Source: Planctomycetota bacterium (GTDB lineage: Bacteria; Planctomycetota; PLA2; JAEUHO01). Taken from it: DNA of 44,315 bases. Shown piece by piece: positions 27,522 to 35,831 of this stretch (the stretch's first letter is position 1; the number at the start of each line of letters is the position of its first letter). The stretch covers positions 1-44,315 of the forward strand of contig CBDCWP010000032.1 of the NCBI GenBank assembly GCA_965223505.1, in the 5' to 3' direction. The notes beneath the pieces are model-generated. The model searched no databases, was not told where the DNA came from, and worked only from the letters and a program-made list of their open reading frames with translations. The position numbers and the translations under genes are program-made.

Positions 27522-27525
27522 GCGG

Positions 27526-27891
27526 CTACGGGGGCTTGTGGTTCATGTGCTGGCGAATCATCTTGCGTAGATCAACCCAGAAGTCCATTGGCACAAGTCC
27601 ACGGAACTTCCGTCTTGGGTCGTCTGGGATTCCCCCGGTTGGAATTGTCTCAAGATAGAGAAACGTGTCCTTCGACAACCTGAACTGGGGGATATCGTTT
27701 TTGCGAAGATGCAAAAGCAGGTGCCACTTCTCGGCCCACTGTCGGCCCGCCCAAGGCGGAGCACCAGTTCCGTAAATGACTGGATGCGCGCCGCCCGGCT
27801 TCTTGGGCGCAAGAACGATCACCAAGCGCTTCTTGGCACCTGCTAACGCCCAGAAGGCTCGCATGGGGAAGAACGGAGCCTCTTCAAGCAT
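27526..27891 (-). CDS. IS passenger, hypothetical protein
   Basis: 121 aa, lower GC, packed in IS operon. Confidence 0.55.
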   Translation of the reverse strand: MLEEAPFFPMRAFWALAGAKKRLVIVLAPKKPGGAHPVIYGTGAPPWAGRQWAEKWHLLLHLRKNDIPQFRLSKDTFLYLETIPTGGIPDDPRRKFRGLVPMDFWVDLRKMIRQHMNHKPP

Positions 27892-27900
27892 AGTGGCCGC

Positions 27901-28170
27901 TTAAAAATCCGGGTCAGCCTCAGCACGGGCGCGGGTTTCGTCGAACCTCGACGTCAGTTCCCAGAGTTCGTCAATCTCCGTATCCGAGAGCGCCGGATAC
28001 TCGCGGGCCATCTCAATCAGCTCTTCGTGTGTCGGCCCTTGGTTGTCCGCACTATCCACGTCGCCCGCCCCGGTTGAGATCAAGAAGGTGGAAGCTGCAA
28101 TCGGCGCGAGGTCGATCCTTAGGGACGAGTCGGCCTCTATGATGGACTTCGGATCTGCGACAATGTTCAC
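27901..28170 (-). CDS. IS passenger, acidic hypothetical protein
   Basis: 89 aa, GGGG RBS, adjacent to upstream stop. Confidence 0.55.
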   Translation of the reverse strand: MNIVADPKSIIEADSSLRIDLAPIAASTFLISTGAGDVDSADNQGPTHEELIEMAREYPALSDTEIDELWELTSRFDETRARAEADPDF

Positions 28171-28172
28171 TT

Positions 28173-28487
28173 CTAGTCCCCCTGCTTTTGCTTTGCGTTC
28201 CAGCGGCCAAGATTCGTGGTGAGCGCGTCAATGAACTTCTGAATGCGCTCAGGCGCCAGAACGTACTGCCCAACGCAGCGAGCCTCGACATGCTTGATCT
28301 CTTTGGCCTGCTCCTCTTTCTCCTCGTCGGTTCCGAGTAAGAGAGGTGGGTAAACCTGGAAAAAGCGGACGAGGAATTCGTGGTCCGTATGCTGCACAAG
28401 CATGTTTGAGATGTGGACCGGCCCCTCGTCATCGGGGATGTCCCACTTAATCGGGACTTGCTTCTCTGCCTTCTGTTCGTCAGGCAC
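28173..28487 (-). CDS. IS passenger, DUF3467-like protein
   Basis: HISNMLVQHTDHEFLVRFFQVYPP...ARCVGQYVLAPERIQKFIDALTTN; GGAG RBS. Confidence 0.7.
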   Translation of the reverse strand: MPDEQKAEKQVPIKWDIPDDEGPVHISNMLVQHTDHEFLVRFFQVYPPLLLGTDEEKEEQAKEIKHVEARCVGQYVLAPERIQKFIDALTTNLGRWNAKQKQGD

Positions 28488-28550
28488 GCTCTATCTCCAA
28501 GGTGGGCCCGGAAGTATATCCACCCTGTCGGCAAATCGTGGCCCGTGGGA

Positions 28551-28808
28551 TCACTTTGACTTGCGCTTCCCCCATCGAGCCTGCGCAGCCTTCTTAGCAA
28601 TGGCCTTACGGCGAGCCGCAGACAGGCTCTTGGCGCGGGCTGGTCCGCCCTTCTGCCCGCCCAGACGGCCAAGCGCGACCGCAGCGGGGTTCTTCCCCTC
28701 GTCTGCGGGCTTCTGCTGGCCAGTGGTCTGGCGGACGATCCGCGCAGCGGCTTGGTTGGTATCCTCGCGCTTGCGGGCGGCCTGTTTCTTGCTTGACCGT
28801 TTAGGCAT
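28551..28808 (-). CDS. Small basic 'histone H1-like' IS-associated protein
   Basis: MPKRSS...DTNQAAARIV...KNPAAVALGRLGGQKGGPARAKSLSAARRKAIAKKAAQARW. Confidence 0.85.
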   Translation of the reverse strand: MPKRSSKKQAARKREDTNQAAARIVRQTTGQQKPADEGKNPAAVALGRLGGQKGGPARAKSLSAARRKAIAKKAAQARWGKRKSK

Positions 28809-29177
28809 GCCGCCATTGAACCATGGCGACCACGGAGATGCGTAGTCTTGCTCATCGCGGCCCTTCAAACGGGCCGCGCAGGTCGGTCGAACGGCCCAAT
28901 TCAAAGTAACCCAGCACCCGAAACCCTGCAGGACGAAAACCGTCAAGCGGAAGATTCGAAAGCCGAAGCCGCGCTCTCAACCGGGCGCAGTCAAGGTTCC
29001 CGCTCACACACGCCGAAAGCCGAAGTGCTAGCGCACGTCGGTTGATGGCTACGCAAGTCGTCGAGCGGCGGTGACCCTGAACAAGCTCCGCCACCCGGCG
29101 CACGCCGGGGCCTCTCTTCGTTTCACGTCAAAGAGCCAATCGACGGTCTCAGGCAGGGCCCGGTCCTGCGCACGCTT

Positions 29178-29250
29178 GGCGGCGTGGCCGAATGGAAAGG
29201 TGCCTAGACTTGCAATCTTGGATTCGGGGGTTCGATTCCCCCCGCCGCCT
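29178..29250 (+). tRNA. Atypical tRNA: Cys-like body, anticodon loop CTTGCAA (UGC)
   Basis: GGCGGCG/CGCCGCC acceptor, U73, GCCGAATGGAAAGGT D arm, CCTAGA/TCTTGG stem, GGGGG TTCGATT CCCCC T arm; no encoded CCA. Confidence 0.85.
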
Positions 29251-29489
29251 GTCACACAGCCATGGGCCGGGCCTTGCCTGAGAACGTCGGTTGATTCGAA
29301 AGAGCAGATCGCGAAAGCCCTGTCGACTGAAACGCAGCGGAAGCCCAAGCTCTTCCGCCAACCCCACTCCCACGGCTCGCGGGCTCACTCCCGCGCAGCC
29401 CTGCCGGACCCTCGTTGCGCTCCTGAGACTAGTATCGCTCACCCACAATAGCTAGGTCATCAGGCCAGCGATCGCGGTGAATTCGGACG

Positions 29490-29511
29490 AAAAGCCCCAT
29501 GTAGGGTTTTT
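29490..29511. terminator. Bidirectional intrinsic terminator
   Basis: AAAAGCCC-CATGTA-GGGTTTTT between convergent units. Confidence 0.65.
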
Positions 29512-29524
29512 GCGCACGAAACGG

Positions 29525-31269
29525 TCAGGAGACTCCAACGCCCTTCGCCAGCACCCTGCGGTTCTTCAGGTAGGCGCTCGCGAGCTTCTTGACGTGGTCC
29601 GGGTCGACCTCCCGGATCACCTTCTCGCGCTTCGTCGGATCGTTGACCCCCTCCAACTGCGCCTTCTTCAGGCCCAGGACGTCGACCATGATCGGGTCGG
29701 AGCCGAACTTCGAGATGAGGTAGTAGGCGAAGACCGCCCTCTCCTGGCCGTCGCGAGCGACCCGACCGACGCACTGCTCGATGACAGCCGGCGACCAGTC
29801 CAGCTCGCCGATGACAGCCGTCGCGCAGCGCCTCTGGAGCCCGTCAAGCCCCTGGCCGCTTCGAAGCGAGATGATCAGGACGTCGGTGTCGCCGTCCATG
29901 AAGCGGGCCATCTCCGCGCCCTTCTTCGCGGGGGACTCCGAGCCCGTGTACATCGCCGGGTTGAGGTCCTCGAGCATCTCCAGCCAGATCCCGTAGACCT
30001 CTCGGTGCCAGCCGAACAGGACCACGGGCTCGCCGTGCTCCTCGACCAGCATCCGGACGAACGCTGCTACGTACGGAGCCTTGTCGACGCCCGTCGCCTG
30101 GCGCAGGGTGTTCGAGAGCTCCGAGCTGGCCGTCATCACGTCCCAACCGGACGCGTTCTGACTCAGGATCTTCTGGGCGAGCTCGACCGCGGTCCCTTCG
30201 ACCGCCTTCAGAGCCTTCGACTCCTCCTTGCTGTCGATCTCCTCGATGATGTGCTGCGGCTCCGTGATCTCCCGCCCACGTCCTTCCGCGTTCGGCGAAT
30301 GAAGATCCCCAGCTCCCGAAGGTACGAGCCGAAGGCCTCCGGGTCCTTCAGCTTGGCCTTCCCCTGGTAGCCCCACTCCTGGCACCACTCGATGTGGAAC
30401 TCCCCACGGGTGCCCAGCACGTTTGGTGCGAGCACGTCGTAGAGGTTGTAGAACTCGCCGCCGAGATTGAAGATCGGCGTTGCGCTCAGGCCCATGCGGT
30501 AGCGGGTCTGCTCGGCGACGCGAGATGCCGCCCAACCCTTCGTGCTCGATCTGCCTGTCCGGAGCTCCTGTACCTCGTCGAAAACGACGGTCTTCAGCTT
30601 GCCGGCCAGGTAGTCAGCCCAGCCTCCGAGCTTGTGGTAGCTCGCGATCAGGACGTCCGGATCCCGTCCGAACAACTTCGGGAGCTCGTAGGGATCGCCC
30701 TTCTTCAACGTGTGGACGTGGAGGCCGGGAAGGAATCTCTCGACCTCGCGTTCCCACTGGCACTGGCTCCTGCGTGTCGTCGGGTGCGCGAGGTGAGCCT
30801 GCGCAACAATCAGCGCCGGGCGTGCCTTCGGGTCCGCGATTAGCGTCAGCGCCGTGACAGTCTTCCCAAGGCCGACAACGTCGCCTACGAGAAGCCCGCC
30901 GTTGTTGCGGCAGAGGTCGGCCGCCTGCACCTGGTAGTGGCGCGGTGGGAGCGCCATCTCGACGTCTCTCCCCTCGTAGCTGTCGTCCATGATCCGGAGA
31001 GAACGCTCGACGCGTTCGTCAAAGGCCCGCGCGCCGCGCTTGAGCAGTTCGATGGCGTGGGTGTGACCGTCGTCGCCGAACAGCTGCAAGTCGTATCGGG
31101 TCAGGAGCCACTCGAGGTCCCGGCAGTTTTCCTCCGTGGCAGAGATCACGAGCTCGCCGCGCCGGCGGCGCTCGACCTTGCCGAAGATCCGCTTCACACG
31201 GATCGCGACGTGGGGCTCCACCTTCAGGTGCCAGCGCCCGGATCGGTACTCGACGGTTCCAAGGCTCAT
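29525..31269 (-). CDS. SNF2-family helicase/ATPase (one indel near 30270)
   Basis: HYQ, GDVVGLGKT, VVFDEVQ, LSATPIFN, FIRRT, GQGLDGLQ, ELDWSP..IEQCVGRVARDGQ. Confidence 0.92.
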
Positions 31270-31625
31270 AGAGGGCTCAGGTAGATCACCCACACGGGCT
31301 TGCCGTGGAGCGTTCTTGCGATGCCGCGGTGCATGGACTTGGTCGTCACCAGGACTGCGCCCTCGATCTCGTCGTGACCGAGGTAGCGGTGCAGCTGCCG
31401 TGTCACGTGGGTCAGTCCCATGTCGACCTTCACCTCGACCGCAAGGCCCTCGACGAAGAAGTCGACGATGTCCGTCGAACTCAGGCGCTCCTCTCGGGCG
31501 AACTGGATGTCAGCGAGCAGCAGCGCGTCGTCGATCTCGTCCTGGAGCTCAAGCTCGTCCTGCCAAGAGCGGCCGGAAAGGCACTGCAGCGCGTCACGGA
31601 CGCGGATGGCGGTCTTCTCGATCAC
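31266..31625 (-). CDS. Small PD-(D/E)XK nuclease-like protein
   Basis: REERLSSTDIVDFFVEGLAVEVKV...QLHRY; coupled to helicase. Confidence 0.75.
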   Translation of the reverse strand: MIEKTAIRVRDALQCLSGRSWQDELELQDEIDDALLLADIQFAREERLSSTDIVDFFVEGLAVEVKVDMGLTHVTRQLHRYLGHDEIEGAVLVTTKSMHRGIARTLHGKPVWVIYLSPL

Positions 31626-31933
31626 CCAAGCAGCTTCATCAAGCCCGCGGTCACTGCCGCGCCGAATAGGCCCCAGACGAGCCCCATCTTCACGGACATC
31701 CCCTCCTTGAACTTCAGCAGGGACGCGACGTCGATCGCGAGCTTGTCTACCCGGCTCGTGAGTTCGAGGCGGAACGCCCGGAAGCTGTCCTTCACCTGCT
31801 GCACGACGAGCTCGCCGACGCGAGTCTCCTCCTGCACCTGGTGCTCGACGTCCGTCACGCGTCGCTCCAGCTTCGTGACGCGGCCGTGCACGGTCTGAAC
31901 GCCTTCCTCGAGCCTCGTGATGCGCTCTTCCAT
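31622..31933 (-). CDS. Coiled-coil + C-terminal TM protein (XhlA-like, lysis-associated?)
   Basis: MEERITRLEEG...coiled coil...MGLVWGLFGAAVTAGLMKLLG. Confidence 0.6.
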   Translation of the reverse strand: MEERITRLEEGVQTVHGRVTKLERRVTDVEHQVQEETRVGELVVQQVKDSFRAFRLELTSRVDKLAIDVASLLKFKEGMSVKMGLVWGLFGAAVTAGLMKLLG

Positions 31934-31944
31934 CCCCAAGCCTC

Positions 31945-32184
31945 CTACCAGAAGAAGTGCCCAGCCAGCAAGCCGGTCAGGAACGCGCACACGACGCGCC
32001 ACCATTTCGAACGGGCTCCCCACGCCTGCCAAGCGACCAGGACGACGAACGCCGGCACCCACACGCGCCAGTGCCGGCGTACGCCGTGCGTCCAAGGGAC
32101 CGGCCGGCCCGTGTACTCGTCTCGAGCGAGCACCAGGTGCTCCGACCAGAGAGCCTTGTACGGCCCCCATTCCTCGGACGGCAT
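31945..32184 (-). CDS. Small membrane protein, holin-like
   Basis: Two TM segments ending GLLAGHFFW. Confidence 0.55.
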   Translation of the reverse strand: MPSEEWGPYKALWSEHLVLARDEYTGRPVPWTHGVRRHWRVWVPAFVVLVAWQAWGARSKWWRVVCAFLTGLLAGHFFW

Positions 32185-32189
32185 GAAGC

Positions 32190-32357
32190 TCACTCGACGC
32201 GCCTCGACGGATTGAGGAGCACGGAGAGCGACGTCACGGCAAGACCAGCCAGAGCAATCCCCCACCACGGCGCACCAGCAGCAGCCAAGGCGCTCAAGAG
32301 CACCGTCGCGTGCGTGCTGCTGCGCTGCAGCGGGTTCTTGTTCCGGTGGTCCGTCAC
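32190..32357 (-). CDS. Small membrane protein, holin-like
   Basis: GTGA overlap; hydrophobic hairpin. Confidence 0.5.
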   Translation of the reverse strand: MTDHRNKNPLQRSSTHATVLLSALAAAGAPWWGIALAGLAVTSLSVLLNPSRRVE

Positions 32358-32758
32358 AGTCGGGCGAGCTCCCGGAGCTTGATGCGCAGATCCGCGAGCT
32401 GCCGATCGAGATCGGCCACCTTCGCGAAGACCTGTTCGAACGCCGTGTCGCGCTCGTCGGGGGGCCAATGCCACCTCGCGAGTTGCGCGTAGTCGACGCA
32501 CTTGAGGTCGTCGACGGAGATCTCTTCCGCGGGAAGACTCTTGACTTTCCAGAACGCGAAAGGCGCAACGCGACGATGGTACGTCTCGCCGTCGTACTCG
32601 AGCTGCACGTAGCCGTCGAGCGCGCCGGCCTTCTTGTCGGCAGGCACGGGCCCCTCTTCCTTGACGCCGAGCCACTCGTTCGGAGTGCGGTTCGGCGCCA
32701 GGATGTAGAAGAGCGTCCGGCACGTGGACCAGACGATCTTGACCTTCGCGTCACTCAT
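32354..32758 (-). CDS. Hypothetical protein
   Basis: 134 aa, C-terminal coiled coil, operon-packed. Confidence 0.55.
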   Translation of the reverse strand: MSDAKVKIVWSTCRTLFYILAPNRTPNEWLGVKEEGPVPADKKAGALDGYVQLEYDGETYHRRVAPFAFWKVKSLPAEEISVDDLKCVDYAQLARWHWPPDERDTAFEQVFAKVADLDRQLADLRIKLRELARL

Positions 32759-32957
32759 CGGACGCTTCCGGTTGCTCCGCCGGCCATGCCTGCCACTGCG
32801 GATCTCCGAACTCGAAGATCCCGTCGCGCAGGTCGGCGTGACCACGGATGCCGCTACCGCAGCGACACCCGACGGCGAAGAAGGCAAGCGCTCCGAGAAG
32901 CACCGCCGTCCAGAAGATCTGAGCCCACGCGGGGCCGTTCAGGCGGGCCTTGACCAT
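32751..32957 (-). CDS. Small putative lipoprotein
   Basis: Hydrophobic signal then AVGC lipobox-like; TGATG overlap. Confidence 0.5.
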   Translation of the reverse strand: MVKARLNGPAWAQIFWTAVLLGALAFFAVGCRCGSGIRGHADLRDGIFEFGDPQWQAWPAEQPEASDE

Positions 32958-33685
32958 CAGTCGCCCCCGTTCTCATTCACCGGCGCCGCCGGCGGGTTCG
33001 GGAGGTTGTCAGGTGCCGTGGAGGCACCGTCCGAGGAGCCGGTCGAGGAGTCGGCCGCATTCGCCTTCAGCGTCTCGAGGCCCTTGTCGAGCAGCTCCTT
33101 CGTCGGCCCTGCGGCCGCCGCCGCGTTCGCCGGGTCGACCGCGTCCTGTGCGCCGGCCGAGCTTCCGGACAGATCCAGGTTGAGCATCAGGCAATTCGTG
33201 AACTTGGGTGCCAGCGCTGCGATCGCGCCCACCCACTCGACCTGCGTAGCGCCGATCTTGTCGACGAGGTCCGCCATCGCGGCTCGCAGCTTCTCCTTCT
33301 CGTCGTCCGTTCGCATCGGATCCATGTAGGCGACCGCGTACGCCTCGAGCAAACCCGCCGCGCACTTCGCGGCCATCGGCGCGGAACTGATTGCGTTCGT
33401 GTCCGCGGTCCATGCTTTTGGGTTGGCGATCGTCCCTGCGGTTCGCGATTCCGGTTTGAAGCTGTGCGTGATGCCGCTGACTGGCCCACGCCCGTAGATC
33501 GCCAACGGGTTGGGAACGCCGCGGCTGTCACCGGTGGTTGCCTTGGCTTCGGGACGCTGCCCTCCGCTGGCTACCGGGTTCTGCGCGGCCGCGTTGACAC
33601 CGGGCGTGCACGACTCCGGAAGATCCGGTGTGGAACACGCTGCGAGAAGCAACCCCAGAAGGATTGCAAGGCTGAGACTCTTCAT
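32957..33685 (-). CDS. Putative lipoprotein
   Basis: MKSLSLAILLGLLLAAC lipobox; GGGAG RBS. Confidence 0.7.
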   Translation of the reverse strand: MKSLSLAILLGLLLAACSTPDLPESCTPGVNAAAQNPVASGGQRPEAKATTGDSRGVPNPLAIYGRGPVSGITHSFKPESRTAGTIANPKAWTADTNAISSAPMAAKCAAGLLEAYAVAYMDPMRTDDEKEKLRAAMADLVDKIGATQVEWVGAIAALAPKFTNCLMLNLDLSGSSAGAQDAVDPANAAAAAGPTKELLDKGLETLKANAADSSTGSSDGASTAPDNLPNPPAAPVNENGGD

Positions 33686-34007
33686 CTTCGACTCCCTGTC
33701 TTCGAGCTCGTGAGTCGCCGGGCCCGCTCAGCGCAGGAAGGGTCTTTCCACGCAGAAACGGCAGGGAGTCGAATCCCGACCCGGCCTCTCGAACTCTGGT
33801 TGCGAAAAAACGGTCCGAGTCCCGTCGGGAGTGAGGTTCGATCTGTCCATAGCGCAAGACTCGAACAAGCCCCGAGACTGAGGCCCGAACGATGATCTAG
33901 CCCAAGCCCTCGAGGACTCGGGCCGATCCGCGCCGTGAAGGAAGAGGTAGCGTGGGTCGGCCAGCTAACGCGTCAATTCTACCGACAGGGGGGACGCTCC
34001 AAAGGAA

Positions 34008-34331
34008 TCAGGCCTTCACGCGGTACATCGCAATGCCCTTCTCCGTGAGCGCCTGCCAGCTCGCACCCGACCGAATGTGCAGCTGGTACTCGTGGTCGAC
34101 CGGAGCGGTGAGGCCCGTCTGATCCGTCGTCTTCTCGTGGACCAGCAGATTCGCGCCGCCGTTCTGCACTTCGGCCTCGGCCGCGCTCGCGGTCGTCTTG
34201 GAAAGCGACGTTCCGTCGATCGAAAAGCGGACCTCGTCGTAGCTACCCAGGTCCAGTGACGCCACGCCGGGACCCGTCAGCAGGAGCTCGTTGTCCATGC
34301 CTACGTAGATGATCAGATCAGGGAGTGCCAT
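34008..34331 (-). CDS. Putative tail/baseplate protein (BppU N-terminal-like)
   Basis: 107 aa, LDLGSYDEVRFSI...HEYQLHI; GAGG RBS. Confidence 0.5.
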   Translation of the reverse strand: MALPDLIIYVGMDNELLLTGPGVASLDLGSYDEVRFSIDGTSLSKTTASAAEAEVQNGGANLLVHEKTTDQTGLTAPVDHEYQLHIRSGASWQALTEKGIAMYRVKA

Positions 34332-34335
34332 AGGC

Positions 34336-35827
34336 CTACCTCGGTGTGAATGGGTTCGTTCCGACGTCGAAGGACTTGGTCGGCGGAAGACAGAAGCCCC
34401 GGCCCGCTCGAGCATCGGCTTCCGTGAACGGCTTCGTGAGCGGGTGCGTGGGACCGCCGGCGAGCAGCGCGGCGCCGGCCAGGGACAGGGACCCGGACGC
34501 GGCGAGCGTCCCCAGTCCCTTCAGAATCGCAGCCCCCGTCACGACGATCTGCCCCGAGGCGGCCAGCGCGCCCGACCCCTTCAGGTCGGCGGCGCCCGTG
34601 AGCGCAACCGCGCCGGACGCATCGAGCTTGCCCCGCCCCTTCAGAATCGCCGCGCCGGCAAGCGAGAAAGTCCCTGTCGCTGCGAGATCGCCCGTCCCCC
34701 TCAGGTCGGCCGCGCCCGTCAATGCCAACGTTCCGGACGCTGAGATCGGCGAGGGACTGCTCCCAGCGTCGGTCAAGCTCGCGGCGCCCGTAAGCGCCAG
34801 CGTGCCCGCGCCAGCGAGGTCCCCTGTGCCATTGAGATCGGCCGCCCCCGTCAGAGCAAGCGCCCCTGACGCACTCAGGGAGCCCGTGCCCCTCAAATCC
34901 GCGGCGCCGGTCAGTGCAAGCGAGCCCCGATGCAGCGAGCGTGCCTCGTCCGTTCAGGTCGGCCGCGCCGGTGAGCGCGAGTGTTCCAGCCGCGGCGAGG
35001 TCCCCCGTCCCCTTCAGCACTGCGGCACCGGTCAACGCCAGAGAGCCTGATGCGGCAAGGTCGCCCGTGCCCTTCAGCGAGGCGGCGCCGGTGAACACGA
35101 TCGAGCCCGACGCGCTGATGGCTCCACCGCCACCGGCGGGGGCGGGCACGGGGAAGATCAGGCGCGGCGGGAACATCACCGGCGGGTGCTCCGCCTTGGC
35201 AATCGTCCCGGATTCGGTCATGGCCGCGCCTTCGACCGACTCCCAGGAGTCCTCGAGTCCCTCGACGTGGAAGGCGGGCTCGCCGATCATTCGCGGCCAA
35301 TAGCCCGCGCAGAACGCCGCGGCCTGGTCCGCCGTGAACGCGAAGTCGAACATGGCCGCCCGGGCGATCGGCCCGTCCCATGGCTGGTTCGGGGTTGAGT
35401 CCCGCCGATAACCGATCGCCACGCGATCATGGGTGTTCTGCTGCGACCCAACCGATTGGGTGTTGGAGGCAGTTTCGTCCGAGCTCTTGCCGGTCAGGTA
35501 GTCGACGTAGATGTCTCGACTCGTCGTTGAGGTGAACACCGCGACGGCGGCGTACCATGTGCCCGTTCCGACCAGCGACGTGGACGTTTGGGCGTAGCGC
35601 GAAGGCCCGCTGCCGTAGTTGTGGCAGATCGCGAGCACACGACCGGTGCTCAGCACCTCGAGCGCGGACCACTTCGACCCGTGGTCCTTGTCGCCGATCC
35701 AGAGCACAGTTCGGTCCACTGACTGATCATCCAGCTTGAACCACGCCACCATGGTGATCGGGAACGCGGTGAGCCCGAACGCCGAGTCCCGCGAGACGTA
35801 CGCGGTGGGCGTGAGGTCGAGAGCCAC
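34336..35827 (-). CDS. LamG-domain tail protein with 20-aa repeats (indel near 34920)
   Basis: PITMVAWFK...TWYAAVAVF...IYVD...AIGY...WDGPIA; repeats of ASGxLALTGAAxLKGxGxLA. Confidence 0.75.
34460..35120 (-). repeat. ~60-bp coding repeats (about 10 units)
   Basis: Recurring CCCGT..CCCTTCAG / GCGGCGCCGGT units encoding the 20-aa repeat. Confidence 0.8.
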
Positions 35828-35831
35828 CGGA

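Larger units (their letters stand above)
26588..28918 (-). mobile_element. IS1-family element with passenger genes (2,331 bp)
   Basis: Terminal IRs GGTGCTGGGTCAGTTTGAA / GGTGCTGGGTTACTTTGAA; 8-bp TSD CGAAACCC at 26580-26587 and 28919-28926. Confidence 0.92.
26576..29031 (+). pseudogene. 38-aa Lys/Arg-rich peptide gene interrupted by the IS (26576-26587 + 28927-29031)
   Basis: RBS GAGGAGGTG; removing IS and one TSD gives MPKPCRTKTVKRKIRKPKPRSQPGAVKVPAHTRRKPKC*. Confidence 0.7.
26320..29511 (+). ncRNA. Candidate highly structured transcript (~850 nt after removing the IS) containing a peptide ORF and a tRNA
   Basis: About 8 consecutive hairpins 26325-26557, more at 29042-29465, G-U pairs favour + strand, weak promoter CTGACC-N15-TACAAG at 26289, terminator at 29490. 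Confidence 0.55.

Noticed and set aside
26320..29511. Assignment to GOLLD, ROOL, tmRNA or a self-splicing intron
   Set aside because: I could not recognise their conserved motifs by eye; left unassigned pending cmscan
33745..33850. Possible tRNA-Sec gene (T-loop-like TTCGACT, minus strand)
   Set aside because: No pairing acceptor stem, no UCA anticodon arm, no D arm
34460..35120. ~60-bp periodic repeats as a CRISPR-like or ncRNA array
   Set aside because: Degenerate at third codon positions, encode a 20-aa protein repeat, no unique spacers or cas genes
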